IMG/VR virus record: IMGVR_UViG_3300007963_000032
Location: 1 to 29,053 of that record
Reading direction: 5' to 3' (one strand)
DNA from: a virus
Taxonomy: Duplodnaviria > Caudoviricetes
Length of the DNA stretch: 29,053 nucleotides
Below the pieces are notes generated by a model. The model was not told the DNA's origin and made no database searches. It saw nothing but the letters and a program-made list of their open reading frames with translations. Shown here piece by piece: positions 7,727 to 16,179 of the stretch. Numbering within the stretch: position 1 is the first letter of the stretch; every line of letters begins with the position of its first letter. Both the position numbers and the translations under genes were made by a program.

Positions 7727-8640
7727 GTGAATTATGGACTGAAAAATATAGGCCAACCACGCTTAGTGGTATAGTAGGACAATCTGATTTTGTGTTAGAC
7801 GCAGAACATTGGGTAGTCAACCGTAACATGCCTAACGTTATTCTCTATGGTGTTGCAGGAACTGGTAAAACAGCAGCAGCAATATCATTAGTCAATGATT
7901 TATTGGGAGAAGATAAACAAGGAAACTTCTTTGAGATTAATGCATCTGATGATAGAAAGTTAGAAACTGTCAGAACCAAGATTAAGGAAATTGCATCTAC
8001 TAAGAGATTAGGTGAAGCACCATTCAAAATTATTTTACTAGATGAAATGGATGGGATGACTAAAGATGCTCAGAATGCTCTCAAGAGAGTGATGGAGAGA
8101 TATGCTGATAATTGCAGATTTGTGATTACTTGTAATGACAGGCATAAGATAATTCTACCACTACAATCTAGGGCAAGTAACTATGCTTTCAATAGAATCG
8201 AATCAGGTTTGATGTTGGATATTTTGTCTGATATTTTGGCAAAGGAAGGCGTAAAACGCTACACTGAGAGCGAGTTAGAAAGGTTCATTACCTACCTATC
8301 GGGAGACTTAAGACGAGGAATCAATGAATTACAGGCATCCTCATCGAGTAATCGAAGCCTTGATAACCAAATAAATAGAAGTCTACAACCATACTCTGAA
8401 ATAATGAAAATGATATATGAAAATGACTATGATAATGCTTTAGAGAAGGTGCATAAACTGATTTACACTTCAACAGACATGAAAACTATCTGCATTAATT
8501 TGCACGATATTATCATAAAGTCGGATACTACGCCGCAGTCTAAGTTCAAGATGCTCCGCGTGGTCGGAGAGGCAGAATGGAGAAGTAGTAATATGACTCC
8601 TAAAGTTCTAGCATCGTGGATGATAGGGCAGATGATTTGA
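7723..8640 (+). CDS. rfcS: Replication factor C small subunit (clamp loader)
   Basis: WTEKYRP box, Walker A GVAGTGKT, EINASD, Walker B LLDEMD, AQNALKR, LQSRA (SRC-like), GDLR. Confidence 0.95.
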   Translation: MSELWTEKYRPTTLSGIVGQSDFVLDAEHWVVNRNMPNVILYGVAGTGKTAAAISLVNDLLGEDKQGNFFEINASDDRKLETVRTKIKEIASTKRLGEAPFKIILLDEMDGMTKDAQNALKRVMERYADNCRFVITCNDRHKIILPLQSRASNYAFNRIESGLMLDILSDILAKEGVKRYTESELERFITYLSGDLRRGINELQASSSSNRSLDNQINRSLQPYSEIMKMIYENDYDNALEKVHKLIYTSTDMKTICINLHDIIIKSDTTPQSKFKMLRVVGEAEWRSSNMTPKVLASWMIGQMI

Positions 8641-8723
8641 TGGAAGGAGTGGCAATTTTACTAGGATTTATCGTGTTAAGATTTTTTGTGAGATTTGAAA
8701 GTAGAGGAAGGAGGAGATGGTAA
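8640..8723 (+). CDS. 27-aa single-pass membrane peptide
   Basis: MEGVAILLGFIVLRFFVRFESRGRRRW*. TGATG and TAATG overlaps fill the gap exactly. Confidence 0.6.
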   Translation: MEGVAILLGFIVLRFFVRFESRGRRRW

Positions 8724-8980
8724 TGAGTAAATTAGATATTAACGAAGACGGTGTAGTGGATTTGAAAGATGTAGAACATCTACTACTACGCTATGAGATT
8801 ATTGTGTTTGGCGGTGCATTGCTGATTGTGCTGCCTATATTGAATACACTAAATTATATCAGCGTAGATTCCAACTTCTTTTGGATATTGTGTGGCTTAG
8901 TCATGCTGACAGAAGGACTAGTGGAAATAAGAAGAGAAAAAAAGAGAATAAAAGAAATGGAGGAAACCCAAAATGAATGA
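8723..8980 (+). CDS. Two-TM membrane protein with N-terminal EF-hand/dockerin-like loop
   Basis: DINEDGVVDLKD (DxNxDGxVDxxD), two hydrophobic helices and a basic tail. Confidence 0.65.
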   Translation: MSKLDINEDGVVDLKDVEHLLLRYEIIVFGGALLIVLPILNTLNYISVDSNFFWILCGLVMLTEGLVEIRREKKRIKEMEETQNE

Positions 8981-10211
8981 AAATGAAGTAAAAGAAATGA
9001 TTGCAAAAACAGCGAATGCTATCGGCATGTCCGATGCAGATGCTTTAGCGAGGTTTGATGACATCTGTCAGAAGAACGCCGTTGTAGTATCTGATGAGCC
9101 AAGATTGGCTCTGAATCTGTGGAAGGAGTTTTACAACAATGCGCTAAGAGCGCAGAAGAAAACTACTGACACTGACACCCCAAGAAGTAGTGGTGGATTC
9201 TACAAACAAGCATTCGGTTTCTTTGTTTCGCTAGACGAAGCAAGAGACATGTTGGCAAGAAAGAATGAAACAATAGTTGCTGATTACAGGAGAGATAAGG
9301 ATACTTCCTTCTCTACTGGTCAAGTAGCCGTGTTTACCGATAGTGATGGTAAGTATGAAGGAAGACTGATGAGAGATGAACAAGAACTAGTCAAGGTAGT
9401 AGAGAAACTACCTGCTAACCACGTTGATATGGAAGATGGAACTTATGTTGTTCCTCTTGACACTAATGACGCTGAGTGGAACAAGTCAAGATATGGCAAG
9501 CCACTAGGTGAGTCTGAGTGGAGGCGTTCAGGAGTCTTCATCGGAGAAGTGGAAGGAAGAATGGGGAAGTATTACTTTAACTACAAGGGCGAGTCAACTA
9601 AGGAGTTCACTCCTAAGACGTTCACCTTCGTTCACTTTGACTGCATCATTAACTCAAATGATGGTAGTAAGATTCACGGTGGAAAGAAAAGAACCCTTGA
9701 ATCTCTAGTTTACAACAGTGAGTTGTCAGATGACGATACACGTAAGCAAGACACATCGGACATAAACATGCAAGATGCATTAATGGAATATAGTGAGGGT
9801 AATTACTGCCCCATCATTGACTTAGATGCATCACATGCAGGAGTTATGAGTAAGGAATATAACGATAGATTCGTGTTCACCGATGGTGATGTTTCTACCA
9901 TAAACATGAACCCCACTAAGAACGGGAACAGATACTTTGTGTTGGCGGATTTTAATTCGCAGTTCTCCCTTGATGATGCCGACCTAACATGTTGGACTCC
10001 ACCGCATATTGCGATTGAGTTCGGTGCAGGTTCAAAGGTGGTTGTTGTAGGAAGAACTTCACAGGGAACTGATGATGATGGTAACTTACGCCCCGTTTCA
10101 CTTAACGTGAATGGGATTCTCGTAACAAAGGCTAGGGGTGGAAGCCCTGATGAGATAACTCATATCGAGGATGACTCGGATGGGTTTGACGACGACTGGA
10201 CACCAGTCTGA
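8973..10211 (+). CDS. Probable RPA-like ssDNA-binding protein (OB folds)
   Basis: C-terminal OB-like pattern (GDVSTI...RYFVLADF...LTCW...GSKVVVVG), acidic tail EDDSDGFDDDW, replication context. Confidence 0.6.
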   Translation: MNENEVKEMIAKTANAIGMSDADALARFDDICQKNAVVVSDEPRLALNLWKEFYNNALRAQKKTTDTDTPRSSGGFYKQAFGFFVSLDEARDMLARKNETIVADYRRDKDTSFSTGQVAVFTDSDGKYEGRLMRDEQELVKVVEKLPANHVDMEDGTYVVPLDTNDAEWNKSRYGKPLGESEWRRSGVFIGEVEGRMGKYYFNYKGESTKEFTPKTFTFVHFDCIINSNDGSKIHGGKKRTLESLVYNSELSDDDTRKQDTSDINMQDALMEYSEGNYCPIIDLDASHAGVMSKEYNDRFVFTDGDVSTINMNPTKNGNRYFVLADFNSQFSLDDADLTCWTPPHIAIEFGAGSKVVVVGRTSQGTDDDGNLRPVSLNVNGILVTKARGGSPDEITHIEDDSDGFDDDWTPV

Positions 10212-10216
10212 ATACG

Positions 10217-10268
10217 CAACTGTGTAGCCATACACCCATTGTTGGTCTTAGGGGTGCAATGCCCCTAA
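10217..10268 (+). other. Intergenic double stem-loop
   Basis: GTGTA-GCCA-TACAC nested within CAAC...GTTG, then TTAGGGG-TGCAATG-CCCCTAA. Confidence 0.6.
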
Positions 10269-10285
10269 CTCAAAGAGTTGATAAA

Positions 10286-10582
10286 ATGAATAAAGGATAT
10301 TACAATGAATACAAGATTACCTCTTACGCAGAAGATGATGATGTTATACATGGTCAGTCTTATGCGATAAGAGCAAGCAACATTGATTTTGTTACATGGA
10401 AACAGAACAATGACACACGTAGCGAGTATTGGATGAAATTACACACCAAATCCAGTAAGGAAATAAGAATAAAGGTAGATTTAGATGGCCTAAATGAAAT
10501 ACTGGCAACAGTAGGCAATAGAATGGTCAACCACACTGAAAGGAATAGGAATGAATATGAGTTGGACAAAAAATACAAATGA
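10286..10582 (+). CDS. Hypothetical protein
   Basis: ORF with start moved to ATG 10286, downstream of the hairpins. Confidence 0.65.
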   Translation: MNKGYYNEYKITSYAEDDDVIHGQSYAIRASNIDFVTWKQNNDTRSEYWMKLHTKSSKEIRIKVDLDGLNEILATVGNRMVNHTERNRNEYELDKKYK

Positions 10583-11393
10583 AACAAAAACGTATGAAGA
10601 AAGAAAGCAAGAAAGACTGGTGCAGATAATGCATAAGGCGAAAGTCGCCATATCTTACATGTGTCTTGGCATTTGGGGAGAACCCAAATCAGCCAAATCA
10701 GCAATAGCAATGGACATATTATCTGATGAAGACATTAAGAACGACATGAAGGTATACGTCTTTGACTTTGACAATAGAGCAATTGATGTTAAACGAAACC
10801 ACTATGACAATATAGACAATATCATAGTAGACAATCCAATAGTAAGGAAGGATGACAGTTTAGTTGACTTTGATGCTACTATGGAAAATGCAAGAACCTT
10901 CTATGAGATGGCTTTAGAGTGTCTACATGAAGGTAAACTAAAGGCAGTTATTGTTGATGGTGCAGACAAACTTCTAACTGATGTATGTGAGACTAAGATG
11001 CGAGAGAAGCATAAGATGGATGCTGATACAGTTATCAAGCAACCTCCATATGTTTGGGGAGATAGGAACACTCCTTACAAGAACTTCTTGCATAAGCAAA
11101 TACTTGAGATGCCTTGTCATAGAATAGTGATAGCACATTCAAAAGACAAGTATGCTGGCAATCCCAACCCTGTTGGTGTTGAGGCCAATTGGCATTCAAC
11201 AACAGAGGACATCTTTACTGCAACCATTAGGACACAGAGGACTTTGAAGAAAGGAGGAGCAGAATATACTGCTCTCTTTGAAGCAAGTGCTAGGATGCCT
11301 GAATTGATTGGAACACGCCGTAAGGTGTTAAGCATCAAAGACGGTGAGATTGATTGGATTGGGGTAAAGGAAATAAAAACAGGAGGAATCTGA
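10551..11393 (+). CDS. RecA-fold ATPase (Sak4/AAA_24/RadA-like recombinase)
   Basis: Walker A variant GEPKSAKS, FDFD, Walker B VIVDG, IVIAH. Lies next to the SSB. Confidence 0.65.
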   Translation: MNMSWTKNTNETKTYEERKQERLVQIMHKAKVAISYMCLGIWGEPKSAKSAIAMDILSDEDIKNDMKVYVFDFDNRAIDVKRNHYDNIDNIIVDNPIVRKDDSLVDFDATMENARTFYEMALECLHEGKLKAVIVDGADKLLTDVCETKMREKHKMDADTVIKQPPYVWGDRNTPYKNFLHKQILEMPCHRIVIAHSKDKYAGNPNPVGVEANWHSTTEDIFTATIRTQRTLKKGGAEYTALFEASARMPELIGTRRKVLSIKDGEIDWIGVKEIKTGGI

Positions 11394-11681
11394 ATGGATG
11401 AAAAAATGAAAAACGTAGAAAAAATACGGCAGTATAGGAGCGCAGTTCACATTGATTGTGTAGGGCATCCTTCTACTGCTAAGAAAGGAGAACGCACAGT
11501 TTGCAAGAAGAATGTTGTGATTAACGTATATGACCCGCGTAATAGTAGGGCGTTATCAAAAGCAGTGTTCGATGTTGACTGGCGCAGTTTGAAGACACTA
11601 GGACAGAGGCAGTTCTTCTGCCCTAAGTGTTCAGCAAAGATAGTTGCAATGCGCGAAGAAGTAAAGTTCCTTTGGGGCTGA
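11394..11681 (+). CDS. Zn-binding hypothetical protein
   Basis: DC...VC...FFCPKC. Confidence 0.65.
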   Translation: MDEKMKNVEKIRQYRSAVHIDCVGHPSTAKKGERTVCKKNVVINVYDPRNSRALSKAVFDVDWRSLKTLGQRQFFCPKCSAKIVAMREEVKFLWG

Positions 11682-11693
11682 ACTTCACAAAAA

Positions 11694-11741
11694 CCATGAG
11701 GGCATCTCCTGTCTAAACAGACAGGGGGTGTTCTCTAATGG
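11694..11741 (+). promoter_or_regulatory. Long RNA hairpin abutting the PCNA ribosome-binding site
   Basis: 17-bp stem 11698-11714/11719-11735 with 4 G-U pairs and an AAAC loop, extended by CCAT/ATGG into the SD GGAGATGA. Confidence 0.7.
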
Positions 11742-11751
11742 AGATGAAAGA

Positions 11752-12534
11752 ATGATAATTATTATGGAAAATAACAAATTCAAGGAATTAATAGAAAGTG
11801 TAGCCCTAAAAGGCAAATACAATAGTGGAGAAACCACTAAGAATGGACAACTAAGTAACTATGCACACATACAGTATTATGGTAGTTATGTCTATGCTTA
11901 CAATGCAGATTCAACAACGATATGTTCTTCTAGAGTTAACATAGAAGAAACTGAAAGGTTTGTAGATGGTGGTTCAGCAATCATAGATATTGAAAAAACT
12001 GTGAAGTATTTGAAGGGGTTTAATGATGTGGTTAGTTTAGACTTTGGAGACTATCTAACTATTACAGCAGTTCAAGGAACTGCTACTGGTAAAGTGCCAT
12101 TAGTTAACGAACACCCTCATCATGCTTATATCAATAGGGCTATGTCTTTGACTACTGAAATTAGAAGTGAAAACCCTTCATGGGGAGATGGGTTGCCTAT
12201 ATTTGGTAAGACTCAGTATGAGGCAGAGATAATCATACCCGAAGAAGAGATTAGTCGAGCCGGTGATGGTTGTGATGTAGTAAACATTGCAAGATACAAG
12301 TTTGACTATGATGATGATGTTCTAACCATATCTAGTAGTAAAACCATAACAGATGCATATTCCACTGAGATAGAATATACAATGGCAGAAGGCGATAGTG
12401 CTACTGTTGAGTTTAATGGACAGTTTGCAAAGTTCTTGAACGGTGTAGTTAGATTATACCTAAAGGATGATGCACCCGTTCTCTTCGTAACACCCCATAG
12501 GTTGCTATTGAAAGCACCTTATCTTAACAGGTGA
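11752..12534 (+). CDS. pcn: DNA sliding clamp (PCNA-like)
   Basis: About 260 aa with a two-domain alpha/beta pattern (FKELIESV; IDIEKTVKYLK), ends APVLF...LLLKAPY. Neighbours RFC and PolB, both carrying PIP boxes. Confidence 0.7.
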   Translation: MIIIMENNKFKELIESVALKGKYNSGETTKNGQLSNYAHIQYYGSYVYAYNADSTTICSSRVNIEETERFVDGGSAIIDIEKTVKYLKGFNDVVSLDFGDYLTITAVQGTATGKVPLVNEHPHHAYINRAMSLTTEIRSENPSWGDGLPIFGKTQYEAEIIIPEEEISRAGDGCDVVNIARYKFDYDDDVLTISSSKTITDAYSTEIEYTMAEGDSATVEFNGQFAKFLNGVVRLYLKDDAPVLFVTPHRLLLKAPYLNR

Positions 12535-12538
12535 TTAT

Positions 12539-12784
12539 ATGGATGAAAGAATAGATGTGACTTGGCTACAAACTAGCGGAACGGGAAGAAGTATGTATGC
12601 TACAACATATCCACCACAAGCCATTAGAAACATAATCATGGAGACAGGGGTTATTCATAATGTGCCAATGCACTTTGCTATGATGAAACTATGTAATGAC
12701 TTACTAATTTCAAAGAGTGCTGAAAGATACTTTAACAAGATAACAAGAAACAATCAAGGAAATGTGAAAAATGATAATTTGTAA
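12539..12784 (+). CDS. Hypothetical protein
   Basis: 81-aa ORF with GGTGA SD. Confidence 0.65.
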   Translation: MDERIDVTWLQTSGTGRSMYATTYPPQAIRNIIMETGVIHNVPMHFAMMKLCNDLLISKSAERYFNKITRNNQGNVKNDNL

Positions 12785-14453
12785 TGTAAAAGACGGAATA
12801 GGAATAAGAGGTAGAAATGCAGACGGGTCTATTCATTGTGAGACAATATCCCACTCTGATTTTAGACCATATATGTTCTCAGGTTCTAGTCCAATCAATA
12901 ACCAACTAAACTTCTCTGCGAAGGATAGTAACGGTAGGTTCACTATACAAGTTAACTTTGACTTAACAAAAGAAATGAACATAGATGGAAACAAACTATA
13001 CAAAGTTACATGGACACCTAACAATCCTAGATACGCTAAAGATGTTAGAGTTGCGTTAGAGGCTAACAACATCAATACATATGAAGCAGACGTATCACAT
13101 CATTACCGCTATTCGATTGATGAAGTTGAGGAAATACCTGAACACCCCTTACGAAAGTGGTATTGGGATATGGAATGGCAACAAGGTGGAGAATATGATG
13201 AGGCTATTACTTGTATTGTGATTTATGATAACTTTGATGATGAGTATTCTATATTTGCATGGTATCCACAATCAAAGACAATAGAGTTAACCGATAATGA
13301 TAGTTTTACTTTGCATAGATTCACTAGCGAATACAACATGCTAAGTGGATTCCTTGCATATTGTATGCAAAAAGAACCGGATATGCTTGTCTCATGGTTC
13401 GGATGGAAGTTCGATATACCAAAGTTGTTCACTAGAATGGTTCATCATAACATAGACCCGCGACTAATCTCACCTTTTGATGAAATATCGGGTATTGGTT
13501 GGAAAAAAAACAAGCCCACTATTTGGAAGAAGAAGGTCGAAGGGTATTCTCCGGTGTATCAACCCATTAAGGGAATAATAACAGTGGCATTAGATTTAGT
13601 GTTTGAGAGACAATGGAATGATGCTCAAAGAGGAACATTACCATCTCTTGCTTTGGATTATGTCTCAGAGAATGTTTTGGGAGATAAGAAATTAGTGAGT
13701 GATAAGTTTCCTGATAAGAATGATTTTTTCAGACAGGCGTGGTTAGAAGATTCAAACACATATCTTGAGTATGCATTCAAAGACGTAGAATTAATCAAGA
13801 GGATTGACGAGGAGAACCATTGCGTTGAGGCGGTTCTCTCTTTGCAGCGACTACTGAAAGCACCATTTGACGCTTGCTTCTACGCTAGTAACATGGGTGG
13901 AATATACTTCATGCGTAATGCCTCATGGAAAGCCCCTACGGGCAAGAAAGAGGAACGGAGGGAGTATGAGGGGGCAATGATATACAACCCTCTCAGTGAA
14001 GGCACAAATGGACTACATCAAAATGTAGCCGCATTTGATTATGCACAACTTTACCCATCAATGATAATTTCACGTAACATAAGTTGGGAGACTTTTTCAA
14101 AAGAACCAACTGAATTGGCTGTTAACTTAGCAACACCTAGAGATTTCAGTGATGTTACCGAAGAGAAAATGTTGTATTTCAAAACAGACAAGTTAGGACT
14201 ACTACCTAAGTCTCTTATTGAACTTAAATCACTAAGAAACAAATACAAACAGAACATGAAAGAAGCCACAACAAAAGATGAAAAGGTGAAATGGAACAAT
14301 AACCAACTAGCAGTGAAGAGGCTAATGGCGAGTTTCTACGGCATCACCGCGTATCAGGGATTTGGTTGGGCTAACGTTGATTTAGCCGCTAGCATTACCG
14401 CAAGTGCTAGAGAAGCAATTAGAGAGGCGGCATTTAGGGTGAGAGAATTATGA
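12771..14453 (+). CDS. polB: Family B DNA polymerase, N-terminal part (exonuclease, motifs A and B)
   Basis: ExoI WDME, ExoII FGWKFD, ExoIII YAFKD, YEGA, motif A DYAQLYPS, motif B KRLMASFYG. Stops before motif C. Confidence 0.95.
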   Translation: MIICNVKDGIGIRGRNADGSIHCETISHSDFRPYMFSGSSPINNQLNFSAKDSNGRFTIQVNFDLTKEMNIDGNKLYKVTWTPNNPRYAKDVRVALEANNINTYEADVSHHYRYSIDEVEEIPEHPLRKWYWDMEWQQGGEYDEAITCIVIYDNFDDEYSIFAWYPQSKTIELTDNDSFTLHRFTSEYNMLSGFLAYCMQKEPDMLVSWFGWKFDIPKLFTRMVHHNIDPRLISPFDEISGIGWKKNKPTIWKKKVEGYSPVYQPIKGIITVALDLVFERQWNDAQRGTLPSLALDYVSENVLGDKKLVSDKFPDKNDFFRQAWLEDSNTYLEYAFKDVELIKRIDEENHCVEAVLSLQRLLKAPFDACFYASNMGGIYFMRNASWKAPTGKKEERREYEGAMIYNPLSEGTNGLHQNVAAFDYAQLYPSMIISRNISWETFSKEPTELAVNLATPRDFSDVTEEKMLYFKTDKLGLLPKSLIELKSLRNKYKQNMKEATTKDEKVKWNNNQLAVKRLMASFYGITAYQGFGWANVDLAASITASAREAIREAAFRVREL

Positions 14454-14587
14454 TAGAGACAATTGAAACAGTAGGAAAAATAGCAATACTATCCTTCGTA
14501 TTAGTTTACGGAATGTGGTATGTAGGACTTGCAATGGATAAGATATTTTCTTATGCATATGGAATGAGAGATTGGGAGTGGGATTAA
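14450..14587 (+). CDS. 45-aa membrane microprotein (PolB insert 1)
   Basis: MIETIETVGKIAILSFVLVYGMWYVGLAMDKIFSYAYGMRDWEWD*. ATGA and TAATG overlaps. Confidence 0.7.
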   Translation: MIETIETVGKIAILSFVLVYGMWYVGLAMDKIFSYAYGMRDWEWD

Positions 14588-14787
14588 TGCCCGTAAAGAC
14601 AGCGAAAATAGAAATAGAGAAAAAAGAAGAAGAGAAAAAACATGAGAAACTTGAGCCTAAATTTGCAGTTGCTAGGTTAACAAGTGATATGATTAGTGAC
14701 TTTGGCATTCTTTTCAAATATCTTTGTTACGCGATATTCACATACGGTCTATTCTCAATACTACAAGATGTTGGGGTGATGGGATGA
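14587..14787 (+). CDS. 66-aa membrane microprotein (PolB insert 2)
   Basis: MPVKTAK... charged N-terminus and hydrophobic C-terminus FGILFKYLCYAIFTYGLFSIL. Confidence 0.7.
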   Translation: MPVKTAKIEIEKKEEEKKHEKLEPKFAVARLTSDMISDFGILFKYLCYAIFTYGLFSILQDVGVMG

Positions 14788-14921
14788 ACATGTTAATGGC
14801 ATTAGATATTATTGAACAGTGGTCAAAAAGAAACTTCGCCACCTTAGCCTTTCTGAGAACTTTGTTTTCATTTATGAAAGTAATTCTAGCAGTAGTAATA
14901 GTTGTAGAGGTATTAGGATGA
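14784..14921 (+). CDS. 45-aa membrane microprotein (PolB insert 3)
   Basis: MNMLMALDIIEQWSKRNFATLAFLRTLFSFMKVILAVVIVVEVLG*. ATGA overlaps on both sides. Confidence 0.7.
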   Translation: MNMLMALDIIEQWSKRNFATLAFLRTLFSFMKVILAVVIVVEVLG

Positions 14922-15832
14922 AGGTAGTTTATGGACACACAGATTCTATCTATGTTAAGATGGAAGATGATGATGTCTCTAAGGCTCAACTGATATTAGA
15001 TGATTTGAACTCCCATGTTAGAAAGATATTTCCAAATGTAATGGGATTGGAAGAACACCCTGTAACCATAGAGTTTGAGAAATTCTACAAAACTCTAGGA
15101 GTGGGTTGTAAGAAGAACCGTAATGCAGGATTGATTACTTGGAAAGACGGAGAATACTTGGATGAGTTAGAGTTTGTTATGACTGGCTTTACTGCTAAGA
15201 GAGTTGCAATTACACCATTAGCAAAAGAGGTTCAATTAGAAGTTCTTGATAGATGGGTGCAGGAACAAACAGAAGAAGAAATAACAAATTATCTACATGA
15301 TAAATACTTCTCAGTGTTAAATGGAGATATAGAGATTGAAATGTTAGCACAAAGAAGTAGATTTCGTGAAGAGAGATTCCTAGTAAAATGTAGTAACTGC
15401 CAAAAGAACAACTGGCAAACTAGGTATCATCTACATGAGTTATCTAACATAACAGAAGGGAAGAAATTCCCATGCTGTAACAAGCCCAATTTAACTACTC
15501 TACAAGGTAAACGCCCAACAATTGGTTCGGGTATTGAGGGAGTGTTATTTCACAATACTAAGAACCCTAACAACTTAATTGATGATTCATACTTGTATCT
15601 CAGAGTGAGTGGACTTCATGAGACTTATTTTCACCCTTTGAATAGAACAGATACTGTTCCTAATTATGTGTCTGCAAACAATCTTGCGGGTCTAACGGAG
15701 TATACTCCTGATTACAGGCACTATGCTAATTCAATAATTAGCAAAGCAGAACCCATCTATCAAGCAATGGGTTGGGATATAACACAAATTTATAGAGATA
15801 GAAACCAAAGTGAGTTGGAAGAATGGTTCTGA
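14918..15832 (+). CDS. polB: Family B DNA polymerase, C-terminal part (motif C, thumb, PIP box)
   Basis: Starts MKVVYGHTDSIYV, contains IEFEKFY and KKNRNAG, ends QSELEEWF. GAGGT SD and ATGA overlap. Confidence 0.92.
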   Translation: MKVVYGHTDSIYVKMEDDDVSKAQLILDDLNSHVRKIFPNVMGLEEHPVTIEFEKFYKTLGVGCKKNRNAGLITWKDGEYLDELEFVMTGFTAKRVAITPLAKEVQLEVLDRWVQEQTEEEITNYLHDKYFSVLNGDIEIEMLAQRSRFREERFLVKCSNCQKNNWQTRYHLHELSNITEGKKFPCCNKPNLTTLQGKRPTIGSGIEGVLFHNTKNPNNLIDDSYLYLRVSGLHETYFHPLNRTDTVPNYVSANNLAGLTEYTPDYRHYANSIISKAEPIYQAMGWDITQIYRDRNQSELEEWF

Positions 15833-16179
15833 AAAGTAGATTTTACAGTGGTTTATCTTGGTCTAACAAACGTAGGGTGGATTGGATGATAGGACTATAC
15901 GAGAGATACTTCAACAAAGACAAACCTGTTGAAGAACCAAAAGGAATAGTGGTTGAGTTGAAAGATAATTTCATTGCTGAGACTGTATTATTCAATGAAG
16001 CAAAATTTGTAATAGGTTATTCTGTTTATGTTGAGAAAGGAATGCCTAAGATTAGAGTAATAGAAAGGCCACCTCCCGAACACGGAAGGGAGTGTAAATG
16101 CCATCAATGCATTGTAACAAATTTGAAAGAAATAGAAAAGATATTAGAAGCGAGGAATAAAAATGAGCAGACCAAGTAG
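15823..16179 (+). CDS. Hypothetical protein (H/C motif HGRECKCHQC)
   Basis: 118-aa ORF overlapping both neighbours. Confidence 0.6.
   Translation: MVLKSRFYSGLSWSNKRRVDWMIGLYERYFNKDKPVEEPKGIVVELKDNFIAETVLFNEAKFVIGYSVYVEKGMPKIRVIERPPPEHGRECKCHQCIVTNLKEIEKILEARNKNEQTK

Noticed and set aside
10212-10285. tRNA gene
   Set aside because: No acceptor stem or anticodon arm consistent with a cloverleaf, only a T-arm-like hairpin.
14400-14950. Split intein, intron or ribosomal bypass rejoining PolB
   Set aside because: There is no Cys/Ser-initiated intein N-part or HN-C/S/T junction. The matching TTA at 14913 is out of frame with the C-half. The C-half has its own SD and ATG, and the gap is fully occupied by coupled ORFs. 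Splicing is not formally excluded without RNA data.
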